From the NCBI GenBank assembly GCA_907165135.1, contig OU015569.1:6138001-6202000 (forward strand): a DNA stretch of 64,000 bases. Direction: 5' to 3'. Positions 49,366 to 62,750 of this stretch are shown piece by piece (position 1 is the first letter of the stretch; the number at the start of each line of letters is the position of its first letter). The position numbers were made by a program, and so were the translations under genes. Origin of the DNA: Oikopleura dioica. Lineage: Eukaryota > Animalia > Chordata. The notes beneath the pieces are model-generated. The model was not told where the DNA came from. It made no database searches and saw only the letters and a program-made list of their open reading frames with translations.

Positions 49366-50916
49366 ATGAGAAATAATCTTCACACATTCTGTTTAATATT
49401 TATATCGTCATTTTTAATTTCTAGTGCACAAGCGAACCCACTCAGGAGAGGATTCTGATTTCACTTTACCGATAATACGAGATTAAGTTTTGTGAATTCC
49501 TTCGTAGTGAAAAGAGGCCATTGCTTGGGGAAGATGAACACGGTTTACCTCCTAAAAACTTGCAAGATGAAAATGAAATATACGACCCTAACCTACTTCA
49601 TACCGAAAAATCTCCTGTAGATAGTCCAGAAACTAGCAATTCAGAAGTTCCGCCGGCTGAAAACCCTGAGCAATCTAAAGAATTAACAGGTACTGTCAAC
49701 TCGCACAATTCGGCCCTATTTTGTTTCTCCGATTTTTCAAAAAAGGACCAAATTGTGCGGGTCAGAATCGTTAGATGGTTTACGATTTTTTGTAAAATTC
49801 GTAAGAAGGGCCGAATTCTGCGAGTCGACTGTATATCAGACACTCTAGAATCTTTCTAATAAAAAATGACTCGCTTGGTCACTACTATCATTATAAAATT
49901 CAGATGAAGCTCATTCTCCTGACAACGATCTTTCCACTAATGGTCTTGTCCCTCAAGCTCCAGGCTCTGACAATGTCGATGATGATCATTCTAATCAGAA
50001 ATCTATCGATTATCCAGAATCCGAACCTCAAGGAAGTAATTTAGATCCTCAAGAGTCTAAGACGGATGAATCTGATGATAAACAAAATTCTCCTCCGAAC
50101 GAGGAGCCGACTAAAGTAGAAAAAACTGACGAGTCGGAAGAGGAAGATACATCTACTTTGCCGCCGAGCGAAATCAACGAGGAAGACATAAAAACAGAAG
50201 ACAGCGAACTCCTGGAGGACAATACTGAAACTACTACAGGCGGTGATGTGGAAGAATTCGAAGAGCATGAACCTTTACCAACAGAAGAATCTATGAACGG
50301 TGAAGATGATGACGAGGGCAAATTGGACGACGAAGAGAGCGATACCGAGGAGGAGGGAGACCCCCAAGAAGATCCAGTAGATGACGAGGAAGATATCCAA
50401 GATGATCCAGAAGATGATATCGACGAGGATGAGGAAGAGTCTGAATATACCGAGAACGAATATGAGGAAGACGAAGACGAAGAACAGACTTTTCTGGAAG
50501 ATGATGCTACTTCAGAAAGTGATCACTACGGAGAAGTAATCGGTAGTAATGAGGAAGTCAAAGAGGACTATGTGGGGCACGAGTTAAGAAACGAGATCAA
50601 TGATGATCGCTTTTCGCCACCTGCGCAAAAACTATTCGGAGTGAGTTTGAGTAATATCGTATGAAGTTACCTGTAGTCAATTTGAGCAGGGGATTGATTG
50701 TAAATTTAGCTTGTTGCCATCATTGTCATGGCATCGATGTTGGTATATTTCCTGAAATTCCAACGACCCAGTTTGGAGAAGAAAGGCGAGACGAGGTATC
50801 AACCGCTGAACAATGTTGACGACTCGCCTGAACACGTACGAATGAGTTTGCTCAACGGGGCCTCGGGTGACGCTGACGACTTCGACGACGAAGAAGAAGA
50901 CGAAGTTTGGAAGTAA
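49366..50916 (+). CDS. Type I membrane protein with a very acidic disordered ectodomain and a YQPL / acidic-cluster tail (FAM174/TGN38-like)
   Basis: Signal MRNNLHTFCLIFISSFLISSAQA; D/E-rich exons; TM LFGLVAIIVMASMLVYFL; tail RYQPLNN...VRMSLL...DDFDDEEEDEVWK*. Confidence 0.75.
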
Positions 50917-51690
50917 GTCTCCTATGCATCGATGGTATAGTAGATTAAATTAGAAATAGAAAGAACCCTCTTGTAACATTTTTTGAAGCTGGGATAGACA
51001 AGGCAGTCGGTGATAGAGAAAAACCTAGTTTCCAGCCCCGGTATGTTGCGAAAAACATGTTAACATTCGCCAATCGCTAACCGTTTAATGATTCATCTTG
51101 AAAATCATCTTATATTTCACCCTCGCTCATTCGTACTTCCATTAGAATCAGTTCCCATGCATATGAAAAGCGTTCATTATCTCCCTAAAGTCGCAAAATT
51201 TTCCCCATGATTGGCTTTATATTCATAATTTATTTTTAGGTGGAGTTAAAAGTGCCTTATCTAAGAATTCCGAGCTGCAAAGAATATTTTTTTTCTTCAA
51301 TTATCTTCCCTTACGAAGACTTCAAGAGTTATCTTCACCTGTTTTCCAAATGCTATTTTCTAAAAGTTTTCATGCAATACATTAGTGCAGTTTCAATCGA
51401 CTGGCCAAGACGCTTACAGAGTGCGTGCAAAACCTATTCCTGGGAACCTATTCCTGGGAATCCACGCACTCTGTAAGTTGATACTATATTTTGTTTTCGC
51501 GAGCTTGTTTCGTGTTGTTCGGTTGAAATTAATTCAATAAACGGTGGTAAGGAAGTTCGTCAGTAATATAGTATTGTATCATTAGAAAAAAGGCGAGAGC
51601 GTAGTACAGTAGCATAGTGAACTGTAATAACTGACAATAATGTTAATTGTATTAAAATATACTAGATTTAAAAGCGTCGATCGCCGGTAT

Positions 51691-52539
51691 TCATTCGACG
51701 GTGCCGAAAAACCGATCACCGTAGTCTCCAAGGCCGGGTACGATGAATCTGTCGGAGTTGAGCATCGGGTCCACCATTCCGGTGACAACTTTCACGTTCG
51801 GATATTCACGACCCAACCGGTTAAGTCCTTCAGGGCAGCTGATTACGTTTACGAAGATCATCTTCTCCTCAGGAATGCCGATTTCCAGCAGACTTTTGAT
51901 AGCTTAAAAAATAACTTTAATCTCCGAATGCAAAAGCATTGACTTACCCATAATAACTGAGCCGCCAGTAGCGAGCATTGGATCGCATATCAGAGCGGTC
52001 TTGTTAGCGACGTTTTTGGGCCACTTTTTGTAGTAGAGAATGGGTGTTTTCTCCTTCGTCGTTTCGTCGCGCTGGATGAGGATCTTCGCCACTGGAATTC
52101 CTGGAACGAGCTCTCGCACTGCCTAAACGACTTTTGAAGAACGCAAATGAAAGTCTATTTTACCTGAAGCATGGAGTCTCCTGCTCGGACGATGGAAACT
52201 GCGAACGCCTCGTTCTCGGGATCGGCAGCAACGCCTCGCCACGTACCGCATGGTGTGGGAATGTCGACTTCTGAAAACGACCATTACTAATCCGCGCAAA
52301 AATGCCGTTAATGAACCTTTATCGGCCATGAGAGCGAGTGCGTCTTCAGCGATCAGCTTCATGAGTCGGAGAGAATAGAATTCGAAGTCCTTGGGCACTG
52401 TTTCCACATGTCGGATTTTGGAGAAAAGATAAGGCAAGTTTTTCGAAGTGCAGAGCTGGCAGTTTGGATGCTCGAATTTCACTACCGGATTGCGAGAGTC
52501 TGATGGAGGACCGTTGCTTTCGGCTACGTTAGGAGACAT
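51691..52539 (-). CDS. UPRT: Uracil phosphoribosyltransferase, FUR1-type motifs
   Basis: Four exons with GT-AG introns; motifs VSIVRAGDSM, KILIQRDE, ICDPMLATGGS and FIVPGLGDYGDRFFGTVE* (stop 51691-51693). Confidence 0.93.
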
Positions 52540-53085
52540 TCTGAAAAGGATTCTCCAAATTTACAATCTCCCTGTCTTTTTTTAAAGAAGCATTAAGATT
52601 TGTATGAAAGAGATGAAAAGAAATAACCACAGGACAATAAATGGAAAAATGAATGATTTGAACTAAACTTTATATGAAATAGAAAGTTATCAACAAAAAT
52701 TCATGGCCTGTGATTATTTCTCTCCAATTCTTTCTCTATCCATTTTTCAGGTTGAAGGTATTAAGATTGAGGTATTGAGTTTCATAACTGTGATTTATTT
52801 CTACTGGGGTTAGTAAAGGCTAAATCGGTGGGACTCTCCGTTTATGAAGCAATGGCTCCACGTGGGGACGGCGTGGGCGTGAGGTGGAGCAGCACTCGCT
52901 CCATCCGTGTGTCTTTCGTAATCTCTAACCGGGGTCACCCTTAGACGCCGATTTCGAAGAGGGGAAATCCGATTTCCTCGTCACTAGAATATCGCTCTGA
53001 AAGTAACTGCTCAACACTCGAATTGACGCTCCCCTCCCCTAAGCCTCGGGCAAGAGCTGCAGATATTGCTAATGCAAAAGCAAGG

Positions 53086-53407
53086 CTAGAGTCGATCTCG
53101 ACCATTATTTCCCAAGTCTCTCAGACAGGCTAACCAACTTGAACCATTCGGTATATACCTTCTTATTCCAAAATATCGCTTTTTATAAATTATATCTCTT
53201 TGAAAGTCTGTCCTTTCCCGTGAAAAAAAAGTCCACAGGTAAAGTGAACCAGGTCTCTCCGAGTTGTTTGCCATAAGAAAAGGCCGTTTCCATGAGTTCG
53301 TATTTATCTGATGCTATAATAGCATCTTCGTTATGGTTTCGTGGTCTGTGACGTTCTACGCTATTTTCACAGCTTCGTCTGAAGGGGACGGCTTTTATCG
53401 CCGACAT
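53086..53407 (-). CDS. Small uncharacterised protein
   Basis: ORF 53183-53407 can be joined to 53086-53180 by a short GA-AG intron; no family was recognised. Confidence 0.35.
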
Positions 53408-53935
53408 TTAGACATCAATCACGGCCGATATTTGCGCAAAATTCTGCATGATATAGAACTAGCAGTAATCCAATCGTAAAGATATTTTTGCGGTGGTGGA
53501 CAGATTCTAAACTCGGACAGACAGATGAGCAGCATGAGACCTGAATTGATGAAAATGAATATCGATATCTGATTGATTTGCGTATCGATTAACGCAATTT
53601 ACGTAGATATAGTTTCGAAATTGAAAAATAATGCCGCCGAAGCATTTTACAAATATGCTCATGAAATCAAGGATGAAATTACTGTAGGAAATATTTCATG
53701 AGCTCTTGCACACTAATAACATAACTTTCTATCAAATATTCGAATTGTTTGTTCTACAGAAGGGAATTCCTTATAGGAAGTTCTTTCACTTTATCTGTGC
53801 TAGTCGTTAATAGATTAAGACTCTTAGTAAATAACACCATTTCGTACGGGACGTGATATATTTACATTAAATGAGAAACAGTTTGCAGCAGTATGAGTAG
53901 GCAAAGGGAAAAGTAAGAATAAGTTAAGACGGCTT

Positions 53936-54480
53936 TCATTCAAGCTGTTTCCTCAGCCGCTGGTTCTCGCTCTCAAGCGACCGCAGCTGTTCGTCCATCG
54001 ATTCGAATTTTTCATTAATGAAAAGTTGGATATCTTTCACTGCTTTCTTCTTCTCCTTTTTCTGCTGTTTCACTTGCGCCACAATCAGTTCCATCTGTTG
54101 GAGCATATCCATCTTCTCGGCCTCCTCGGCCGCAAGAGCTTCCTTTGCAGCCTTAGCCTCGGTTTTTGCCTTTTCTGTTTTTTCCTTTTGCTTTTCGAAT
54201 TTTGCGAGAAACTTTTCAATCGACGTGTTCATCTCGTTCATCGTATGCGCCGCCTTTTCTAGCTCCGTTTGTGCGAATCGTAGTTTTGTATTCATCGCTA
54301 CTTCGTTTCCTTCTGGAAAACCATTGAATCTCTTAAAGGGACTGTTACTTGAGTACTCTTGAAATTATATCATCGATTCTAAATGCGATAATGTTCTTAC
54401 TTAATTTACCTTTGAAAACAATCTACAAAGAATCTATTTACCTGCATGATTGTTTGCGGATCAAACTCTTCTTGCGCCAT
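53936..54480 (-). CDS. Uncharacterised coiled-coil protein
   Basis: Heptad-rich E/K/Q/A exon 53936-54360; likely start MAQEEFDPQTIMQ near 54478. Confidence 0.6.
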
Positions 54481-56325
54481 AATAAATTATTTTTATTTGA
54501 GTGGGTAACGGGGGTAAAATAGATTTTATACTATCGTTATGTGGGTTTTCTATCTCGTGAAGTGGTGAATGATGGATTTCGGGGAGGCCAACTCGAAAAG
54601 TAATTCGCCAAATGGCTTTGTAAATAGCAAAGAAATGCAGTTGAAAATTCCGTACCATGCAACAACCACAACACGTCACAAACCTGAGCAAACCAACCCA
54701 AACAGTAGTCACTCCAGTATTTTATTGCTCCTACTGATCAAGCTTTGCAAATTTTTAATCCCACATTCCTCAAACGATTTGTTTTCTTCCAAAATGATCT
54801 GATGCTACATCACTGAAGTAGCTTTCCGATCACCTCATGACCCGGATTAAAATTATAAATATTATGTTATTAAAAATACGATATTTAGAGGTCAAGCCTT
54901 ATGCGATCCTTGCGATGAAAATTCGAGACCAGTGTAAAACATAGTGAACTTTTGTAAAAGACATCAGCTTTTTTGCCATTTCTAAAGCAAATCTTCAACA
55001 TTGATATGAGAACTATAAAAACATAAAATGCGCTTTCCAACAATGACCTTGTGACAACTTGTGACTCCTTACTCGAGTACCACAAGGACAATCAAAACTC
55101 TATTCTTTAGGCAAGAATCAATTAGAACAAGATGTATCGAAAATCTGCGAATGTACCATTCTGACATTATCAAATAGCCCCGTCGCAGGGGCTTCCGTGG
55201 AGTCTCCAGCTGATTTACAGCCTCTAGTTTCTGATGTGGTCAAGTGTGATTTCGTCCATAATTGCCGTTTTAGTGACGCCACTCGGTCGATCCCACAATT
55301 CTGCCTCTGCCAGGGAAATTACTTCTTTCTCGACGCTCAAGATATTCATGGAGTGGAAATTGCATACTACGGCAAAAAAAGCGGTTTCCTAATTCAATAA
55401 AATCCAAGTTGCCTGCAATAAATATCTTACGAGTGCTTGTTTCAAGATGAAAAGATGTCGAGGAACTCGCCTGAGTAAATGTGCGCTGACGCAAATGTAG
55501 ATTTGACCCTAGAAAGATGCCAAATAGTCTTTTAAAGAGACAACAATAGACACCGCTAGCTGCGATCTCTTCTTGCATGACTGTTTTGAATGAAATATAA
55601 TATATATATTTAAGGATGCACAGGGTTTTTAAACTAGAATCGGAACACAAAAAGCCGTGATCCAGAACTCAACCAGATAAAGTCAGAAAGAAGAATTCCT
55701 TATTCCTTTTTCACGAAATAAAGTTTTCAATGCCTTCGAGGATAATGAGCTACAGAAAATAAAATAGTTAAATATTTACCAAATTACGCATAGATTTAAT
55801 GCGTAAATGCAGAGGAAAGAATAAGGTACAAGGAGCTAGAACTGATACTTTGATTTGAAATATAACAAAAATCATCGGTATGATCGGGACCGAATTCCAC
55901 TTACAGCAAAACAAAAAAATCACTGCAAACGAGGAAATGAGTCTCGATCTTTAACAGAAAAAGAAGATAAACTGGGATTTAATTTTTTTTTGTACTTGCA
56001 AAATTATGATTTCGGGGTATTCAGCTGAGCGGTAATTTGAGCATAGTTTTTTTTCGGTTCAGGAGAATGAATGTACAGTTTTTCAGAAGATGATATATAA
56101 AGTTTATATTATAAACTACTAGTTAGACAACTAGAGACTAGAATTGAAGACCTTTTGGTAAGGCGATGGTTGTTTCGGTTAATAAATTCTAAAGCGACCG
56201 TTTGCGTGTTTACTCAAGCGTCGATCCTCTCCCTCCCGGAGTAGTCTTGTCGGATTTAAACATTAACGTGTATTTAAATGATTTTCATTCATCGTACTAA
56301 GCGAAATATTATATTTCAAATATAG

Positions 56326-57962
56326 CTACGAAATGATGCTGGAATCCGTTCCTGGTATCACATTGAGACGTTTCAGCGCGTCGATAGAGCCAATGAGCGT
56401 GCCAATACAACCGAAAAGAAGTATAACATAGTCTTCTATTAACTGACGGCTTGTATGCCTTCCTTTGAATATCCTCATGTGTATCAACGCCGGGAGAATG
56501 AACGCTAGAGTAGGATTAAAAATCATCTTCTTTGGGCTACTTACCTAAAAGAGAACAGCACGTAGCGCCAATTAAGACCATGATCGTCGAGAAGTCGGGG
56601 ATAATCAACACGACAATGACCGATGAAACGACCACGGACGCACGGAGCAGATTTCCTTTCCAGAAATGGTTGACAGTTCCAAGGCGCCGTTCCAATATTT
56701 CGACTGGGAGTGAGTTATTTACTCTGTCTAAGACTTCAAAGGATTTTTGAGGCGGTACTTACTGACTGGGAAGAGCATGATCGGATATGTGAAAAAGAGC
56801 GAAAAGCATAGGCAGCCTTTGACCATTAACGGCATTGGTCCGACAGGAAGATTGAGCGTGATTATCGAGTGCGTTTCAGGGCCAAACGAGAGGTAGCCAC
56901 ACACGCCGAACAGAATGTAGAGGGATGACATGGCAGTAATCGAAAGTGCTAAAAATAAGAGCTCGAGAACGAGTTTTGCGAAGAGCAGCCTACCAAAAAT
57001 AGTAGAAAATCGACTACGGTAGTCTTTGGCCACAGAAGCTTCTAGTGACAAGATCATTCCCGCGCCCTCGTAGCAGTAAATTGAGACGCCGATGAAAAAT
57101 GGAAGCCCTTTTAGATCCATTTCCTTAGGATGAATACTGATTGTCGACACATGCTCAAAGTCAAACCAGAAAACGACCAAATAAGCAAAAACATTGGCGA
57201 AGTCGGCGAATAAGCTGAGTAAAGTTAGACAGCAGTTAGAAACATAAACTTACCTGAAAATTGAGAGCTTGTGAAGTTTGCGGACTAAACTAAGACCGAC
57301 TAGTCCAGGAATCATTAACAGAAGAAATGGAAGCTTGAGACTGTCGTCGACAACGTCTCCTTCATCAAGACCGTGGACGTAGTGAGCGAGGTTTTCGGAG
57401 ATGAAGATCAAATACGCACAACTTTATAACATGTTACTCGCGTCCTCTGAAGAACTAAGCTACTTACCAGAAGCCAGTTTGACTTATAATGATTGCCCAA
57501 TCGACGATGTTCTTGCCTCTATCGCCGAACGCTATTTGACAAAGGTCTCCGTAGTTAACTTCTTGGCCGGCTGAGTCTCGACTCTAAAACGTAGCATAAT
57601 GATGTGAGCATTATTGATCCACGTACTCTCTCCAGTAATTCAACTTGGTCTTCATCCCTCGTGCCAGGCGGTGTAAGTTCCATTCGCGAGACATTTGTTT
57701 TTGAGCAAAAGTGTTTCGACTTGATAAGGAGCATCATTCCGCTAAATATAAATCCCTAATCGGACGCGAATGGCTGTGCCTACCGGAACGACAGGAAACC
57801 AACAGCGATTAGAATGATAGTTCCCTCAAGTACTCCTGCTTCTTTGAAAGCGTACGGCAAACCGAGAACGCCAGCACCGATAAATGAGATAAAGATATTG
57901 CCGAAGATTTTCACGGGGCTTCGGGTGCCCTCTCCGCCATCGGAGACACTGGCGCCTCCCAT
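56326..57962 (-). CDS. Amino acid/auxin permease (Aa_trans; SLC36/AVT3-like) transporter
   Basis: Motifs NIFISFIGAGVLGLPYAFKEAG, VNYGDL, FFIGVSIYCYEGAGMIL, FGVCGYLSFG and FILPALIH across about 7 GT-AG introns. Confidence 0.9.
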
Positions 57963-59285
57963 CCCCTCTTCGCGATTTCGATTAGATTTTGCTCGAGAAT
58001 AGAGAACACTCTGAAGCCGAGGTTAAGAAGAGCTATCGATAGTAGTCTTTAAGTATTATAATGTAGGAAAGGTGTGTGTTAACTATTTACATGGAAGGAG
58101 TTGAGTATTTTTAAGCAGTCAGGCGACGTCATTGATAATACACATTTTTAAAGCTTTTATTTTCTAAATTAAGAGGTCTATACCACCGCCGACGTTTGTA
58201 ATAGAGCGAGAACTGACGTTCTCTTTCTCAAACAAGAGCCAAGACCGGTTATTTTTTTTATTATCAGGCATGAATGGTTAAATATAGCGCGATCTCTGAG
58301 AACAGCGGCTGGGAAAACGATGTTAAAATAATAATTTTATGATAATGACGTAACAAAGTGAAAGAGATCATCATAGCATATCTACACGCGGATGCATTTT
58401 CGCTCTCCGTCGATTTAAAGCTTGAACTTGAAATGTTTTCACTTTCATAAGGGGCCAAGAATAATCATTTTTAAGATTATGAATTAAACTAATAGATTAA
58501 AATGACGTCGGTTCCAGCTATTTTAAATAATTAGGCTTATTGAAACGTTAATATGGCTATTGAAAAATGAGACTATTGTTAAAATTTGATGCTGTTGCAG
58601 TTTAGATCAGGGTAATGGCAGTTTAAATCTGTCAACCATTTTTTAAAAATAAGTTGCCAGTAACAGTCACAGGGTGCAGGAAATATAACTGTATTACAGT
58701 ATAAGTTGCGAAAATACAAAAATAAGTTGATTACGATTTGACACGGATCGGTCGCAGATCCGAATGGATCTCTTGATCGCGTGTCAGTAACGGAAATAGA
58801 TCCCAGTGAAAGAAATTCAAAGGGATCAAAGAAGAGCATAGGAGAACAAAAGCATATGCCAGAATTGAAAGAAAAAACAACCCGATTTTCGGATTTGTGT
58901 CGCGACGCAAATCGATCATCGTTGAGGAAAATGAAAGAAAAACAATGGGAACAGGGTCGGAACGGATTAGAAACACAAGTATACGTTCGACAGTATTATT
59001 AATTTAATAGCTCTGGCGAAGGCATCCGCTTCAGAGCTTATCTGACTCCATAGACGTTGTGTTCGTTGACGTGTATGGTTCTTTATGAGATGGCTGCTCC
59101 TCTGAACTTTGCGCGCCGGGGGAGTTTTCGTTCGGTCCGTTCACTTGCTAAACGCAGATGTTATTTTCTGTTCGATTAATAAAAGAACCCGAAATTTGGG
59201 CGGTGTTACTCGGTTGGACTCGAAATAAGGATTTGTTTTGGGTATAACAAAGGCAGCCCTGCCAAGATGGAAGATCATCGGCCAG

Positions 59286-62200
59286 TTATCGTTGAATAAA
59301 TTTAACACTTACACTATGTTCCCTCCAGGAGTGAAGAAACTTTTTCTTGAACATGGGCCCCCTTGGTTTTTCTTCATTTTGATTCTGAGGGGTCGTCCTG
59401 CCGTTCGTGCTTCCGATAGTGCTCGGTTTGTCAGTTGACTCGTTTGGGGGAGAGTCTGGCTTCTCGTCCATGTAGAGGTCAGGCTGCACGCGAAGACGCG
59501 CACTTACCGGCCTGTTCGCTACTTTGATTGCGATTCCACGGGTCTCGCCTTCAGTCTTTTGCGATGGACTATCGCCACTACTGATTTTGACCTCAACGGA
59601 ACGTATCTCCCTGTTGTCGGACGGATTTCCAGGCACTTGAGAGCCACTGTCCGTCGGGACAAGCTCGAATTGTTCAACGTGTCCTTCAAGCTCAACTGTT
59701 TCGACCGGCGTGAGCTCGATAGTGTTAACAATTTGGACAGGGAGCACATCGCCATTTTTCACGTCCAAGAAGTTTTCGGTCCAGCTTTTCTTTGGCATCA
59801 TGTGTTGGGATTTCCTTCAAAAAAAGTTAATGGCTGATAAAACTGTAAAAAGAGTGCACAAAAATTAATTGAAACGTGGTTAAAGATGGTGAAAATTCTG
59901 GATCTGTTTCTCTAAAGAGTCGTTCATCAAGAACGAAGCGAATCACTCAAAAATAAATGTTCCACCGGTAGCCGCGCTTTTTATTGTTCCAAGCTGTCGA
60001 GGCGTAGTGATTTACAATAATAAACCATCGCCCGCTCCCAATTAGGATTCTAATAAGTAGCACTCATTTGTTATCGAAAGGTAATGGTAAAACCAACCAG
60101 TTTTTTCTAATATTACAAGTACCTGCTCTCCGCTCGTTCAGAGTTGGTGGCGATGGACTCGGGGGAGCTCCTCTCGTCTCGTTGCTGGCTGCCGTCGTCT
60201 TGGGCCTCTTCCTGGTCTTCGGAGTCTTGCGAAGCTGCCTCCTTTTTCTTTTGGAGGAGTTTTTTCTTGTAATCGCGTTGCTTCTTCAGAATCACATCTT
60301 TGTGAGTCTGATAATACTCCTTCTTGTTCGCGAGGATATGTGGCGGAGTCTTCTTTGTCTAAATCAAATACATAATAATTAAAACCCGTAAACTACCTGG
60401 ACAAGCGCATCGACATCGGCATGCTCGCTCGCAAAAGCCGTCTGCCGTGTGCTTGTATGGTTCTTTTGCTAGAGATTATTTTCATAATTGTCGTATTTTG
60501 ACTTCAAAATTCGGATTTTATTATAACTTACCCGTGGGGAGAGAATCAAGCTACCAGCGCTGATGTTTCCACCGCTAGAGCCAACATTAGTAGCAGCTTG
60601 AGGAAGTGGCAGGGTTTTGACGAGGTATTGTTCCTGCGCCGTGGTGATCGAAGATGAGCTCTGGGAGTATGAAGGCTTCGGGAAGATCTTGGAATTCTTT
60701 GAAGCGATTGCTTCTGCCTGTCTCTCGAGCTCCTCTTGCTGCTTCTGCTTCACTTCATTCTGTTTCGCCTCCCTTAATTTTTTGATATCATCAAGAGTCC
60801 AATGTTTCATTTGAAAATCACTAATTTCTGTGTAGACGTACTTGTGAGCTGAACCGTTCGCAAGAGCATTTTCTTTGGCCAACTTCTTCTTATGATACTC
60901 CTCCTTACGCCTCTCAAGAATATGAATTGGCGTTTTTCGTTCTGCTGTTCGGCTCCATGGCTTTCCCTTTTCAGTCTTTCGTTCTCCTTCTTCAGCGTCT
61001 TTGCTTCTTCCGCCTCTCTTTGCTTTATCATTCTTCGGAGTCTTCGATCCCTGACCTCTCTTGTTAGATTTGCTGCTGGTTTCATCCTTCGAGGTTTTGT
61101 CGTTTTTGGCTTTCTTTCTAGCCCCACCCTTGGCCTTCTTTGACGGCGTGTCCGTATCTTCAGCAATGTCGGCATCTGCGACTCTTTTCGCTTTAGGTGT
61201 CTTTCGCGCAGTCTTACGTTCCTCGACGTCTTCTTCGCCACTTGCGTCGTTATCATCATTAGAGGCCTTCTTGCTCAAACGAGCCTTCTTCGAGGAGTTA
61301 CTCTTTCGCGTCGTCCGTTTCTGATCATCGTTAGTCTTGGAGATTTCCAGCGCTCTACGGAGACTCTGACGGACAACTTTGACTCTAAAAAGAAGTTAAA
61401 TTCTTGTGAGCCACAAGCCTTCTTCGTAAAAAGGAACTTACTCTTTATTTTTCGTCGCGTGAACCTCGTCTAGGAGAGTAGAGAGTGGAACATTATCATC
61501 GTCGCTAAAAACAAGTTAGCTCCAAAATAGTCACAGTTTCCACTACGGAACGCACAAAATGGTGAGATTAGATTAACAAATTAAAATTTCCTTTGAACTT
61601 CGAGTTACCTCATGTTTTCTGTTTCATTCTGAGAAGATGACTTCTTGGATGAAGCCACTTTCTTCTTAGGCGGACTCTTGGAAGCTTTTCCTGCTGTTTT
61701 CTTGTTCTTGCTCTTTTTAGGTCTTGGTCTGGACGGTCCGGGCTCGTCGTCTTCTGACGTCGAAGTTTGATTGCCTGTGTATGGCTGATGGCTGTATTCG
61801 CTTTCCGGGGAAGGTCCTCTGTTTCCCGACGTCTTTTCTCCTTCAGATCGACCAACATGCTAGAACGATCCTCGTAGAGGTCGTTGATTGGGCGGTGATC
61901 TTCTTCATCGTCAGGTACAACGTAAGCCTCTGTGTCCTTGCTATTTAAAACACCCTCATATCCATCATCCTGATCCTCGATTTTTACGGACTCGATAAAA
62001 TCGTGCATTTCGTCCTGGAGATTCAGCTCGCCGGCCCTTCTTTTTGCCTCAAGGTCCAGACGCTTAGCGCGTTCTTCTAGAGTCTCTTCGCCTTCTTCTT
62101 CTTCCTTGATACCGCCAGACTCACGATTCATAATGGCCCTAAACGAAACAGTTTAAAATCGAAATTGAGGAGACAAAATAATCCATTGAACAGTCGACTT

Positions 62201-62750
62201 ACATTTCACTCAAACTATTCTGCTGCTCGAAGAGATCTTGCTCATTCGTGGGGACGAAGCGGTTCGGATTAACAGCTATTGCACGCCTTGATGCCAAATG
62301 ATCTGGGTCAATATTAGGAAGAGAAGCTATTTCCGGAATTCTTGGTTGTGGGAGTGGCTGGATACCACGTGGGAGAAGGTTTGATATGCCAAAACTCAAG
62401 CTCCCCCAAGTATTCTGTACTTCAGAGCAGAAAAAGGCGATACGTTGGAAGTCAGCCCTGTTCGGCTCGTTTCCTCTGGAAATACGGGCGGCAACATTGG
62501 CGCACTGAACCATCAGGCTGAAAATAATGAGAAATTTGAAAATCGACGAATTGCTTACTCGGCAATGCTGCAACCGTGTCTCTGCATGAGCTCGTTGATG
62601 GACCGACCAGCCCTTGAGGGGATCTGCTGGTCTCCCATTTTCCAATCTAAATAAAGTAAATTAAATGTGAAGTTTTGATAAAAAGTAAAACCCTCCACCT
62701 CACTAGAGAGCGAAGGATCGGTAAGGGAGACTTTTACGATCATTTTCAAG
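59286..62750 (-). CDS. Large uncharacterised K/E/D-rich, probably nuclear protein (may be one or two genes)
   Basis: Consecutive long hydrophilic exons 62199-62645, 61610-62131, 60469-61380, 60113-60360 and 59286-59820, with splice signals between them. Confidence 0.55.

Noticed and set aside
54530-55650. Several 60-130 aa ORFs on both strands between the coiled-coil gene and the transporter
   Set aside because: No consistent strand, frame or motif was found; a gene may exist but cannot be supported.
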